Source: Candidatus Heimdallarchaeota archaeon (lineage in GTDB: Archaea; Asgardarchaeota; Heimdallarchaeia; Heimdallarchaeales; Heimdallarchaeaceae). From it: a DNA stretch of 27,786 bases. The stretch is taken from contig JABCTC010000043.1 in NCBI GenBank assembly GCA_018238545.1, positions 1 to 27,786 on the forward strand, written 5' to 3'. The notes under the pieces were generated by a model. The model was not told the DNA's origin and ran no database searches. It saw nothing but the letters and a program-made list of their open reading frames with translations. Both the position numbers and the translations under genes were made by a program. Below are positions 26,372 through 27,786 of the stretch, in pieces; the first letter of the stretch is position 1, and every line of letters starts with the position of its first letter.

Positions 26372-27563
26372 ATGAAAGTGTGTTCTGAGAAACGTGTTTT
26401 TATAAATGTTTTAGGTAGCTCAAATCAGTTGTTAATTAGAACACATGAAGGATTCTTATTAAGAAACCTTGATGAAGTTTTTAAATTGTATACTGAAGAT
26501 AAAACTATTGAAATACCATTTGTAGATAGTTCAGGTATTTTTTTATGGAAGAAATTAGAGAAAATAAGCTGTGTAGGTTCAGAAAAAACGCGAAAAATTA
26601 TGCTAGGAAATGGAATGTATTTTAGTTCTGTTGGGAGCCAAGAAGTACCTGTAATAAACAATGTGACTAGGAAAAAAACGAACATAGACTTCAAACTACG
26701 ATTTAAGGAAATAAAGAATTTAGAAAGGAAAGATTAATTGTGGGTTTGTATGAAATTTACTACAGATTTTACCTGCAGGAGATATACAAGATTATTTGGA
26801 AGGTTTCTATCTAGGTTTTTTTACTGCTGAAGGCAATTATATTTACTATAAACATCAATTAATTGAAAATTCTATATACTCAGAATATGCTTTAAAACGA
26901 TGGTCAAAGGAGAAAGGATATTCAAATGTTGATGAATACTTAAAAAAACGTAAAAAAGTTAAGATAAGAGGCATACAATTAACTTGTGGAATAAAGGACA
27001 TAGAAAGAGGCTATAGAGAGAAACTACAATACAGATTTAACATGAATCATTATAACAATATTGTTCACTTAACTTCATATGATAAGGAATTAATTGCTCT
27101 AACACAAAGATACATTGGTGGTACTACTAGTAAAACAAAGTATCTCAAAGATACAGTTTTCAATCGAAGCGTTTCCTTTTTGAAGGGTATTCTAGAGGGT
27201 TTTATAGCTGGAGATGGGCATGAAGAAAGAACTAGAACTACTATAGGAATAACAGAAAACTATAGGCTAAGAGATAACCTAATGATAATCTGTAAAATTC
27301 TTGGCTTAGAAACTAGATATGGGGAGAATATGGTTCACTTAAAAATTAATAATAAATCATACAAAACCATAAAATTGAGAATATTAAAAGGAAAAAATAG
27401 GATCATTAGAAAGGATATAATTTACTATAGAACTAGATACGTAGACGAATATATTCTAGAAAGATTATATGAATTGGAGTTAGAAAGTCGATTATTAGAT
27501 TCTGAAGATTATTGGAACAGGATATTGGTATTAAGTAATGGTACTTTAATTTTATCTCAGTAA
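26372..27563 (+). pseudogene. Extein-less intein-derived protein (Hint-N / LAGLIDADG endonuclease / Hint-C), interrupted by a stop (26735-26737) and a frameshift (26767-26770)
   Basis: LAGLIDADG helices GFYLGFFTAEG and FLKGILEGFIAGDG. Intein block A-like VLGSSNQLLIR, block B-like KIMLGNGMYFSSVGSQEVP, block F/G-like RLYELELE...ILVLSNGTLILSQ*. Reading through the TAA gives KNLERKD*LWVC; removing one T joins to DLPAGDIQDYLEGFYLG. Confidence 0.78.
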
Positions 27564-27661
27564 GTATTTCCTAACTAACAGTGTAATTAATGTCAAATTA
27601 TTAGTTTCCTTAAGCGATCTAGAATTAAAAAGAAGAAAATCATATCACGATTGATATAATT

Positions 27662-27786
27662 TCATGGCTTCTTCAAAGAATTATACTTATTGAACCAATC
27701 AATTATTTTTTCTAATCTGTCTTGCACATGTTTGGGTTTTCCTGATCTGCTCAACTCGTGTCCTTCTTCAGGGTAACGTATTAGTT
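27662..27786 (-). CDS. S9-family peptidase (acylaminoacyl/dipeptidyl aminopeptidase), 3' end only
   Basis: Own translation: LIRYPEEGHELSRSGKPKHVQDRLEKIIDWFNKY..., the typical catalytic-His C-terminus. Runs off the window edge. Confidence 0.88.
   Translation of the reverse strand, partial: LIRYPEEGHELSRSGKPKHVQDRLEKIIDWFNKYNSLKKP

Noticed and set aside
3276-26694. Short ORFs nested antisense or out of frame in larger genes (e.g. 3276, 6660, 7308, 11243, 13457, 18559, 22458, 23232, 25250, 26425)
   Set aside because: Shadow ORFs of well-supported genes with no motifs of their own.
26372-27563. Functional intein or intron-encoded homing endonuclease
   Set aside because: No exteins, splicing residues are absent, and no flanking rRNA/tRNA exon or intron structure is visible.
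25049-27661. Terminal repeats or target-site duplication around the methylase-endonuclease pair
   Set aside because: Only short AT-rich matches (TGTAATTA, ATTTCCT), as expected by chance.

Overview
AT-rich, gene-dense archaeal window. The archaea-specific pantoate kinase and phosphopantothenate synthetase establish the domain. Protein style suggests an Asgard (Heimdallarchaeia-like) lineage, but that is inference. Left end (1-5000): a GC-shifted, hairpin-rich segment and two abrupt junctions where unrelated gene fragments meet (a CoA-activase fused to a HEPN-like tail at ~785; a metallophosphoesterase fragment against an eutA fragment at ~4265), indicating rearrangement or chimeric assembly. 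Middle: an EFR1 ferrodoxin, three alpha/beta hydrolases, a membrane-tethered winged-helix regulator with a TGCAAC operator array in front of a secreted membrane-anchored protein, a UMF1/Atg22-like MFS transporter, and three GT2 glycosyltransferases, two of them tandem BcsA/cellulose-synthase-like paralogs without PilZ. Next is a compact archaeal CoA biosynthesis cluster (pps, panB, pok, panE, coaBC) with ferritin, a Nudix hydrolase and a stand-alone E2 acyltransferase domain. Right end: an orphan Dam-like N6-adenine methylase divergent from an extein-less, intein-derived Hint+LAGLIDADG gene whose splicing residues are replaced and which is split by a stop and a frameshift, then the 3' end of an S9 peptidase. 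No rRNA, tRNA, CRISPR array or transposase was recognised.
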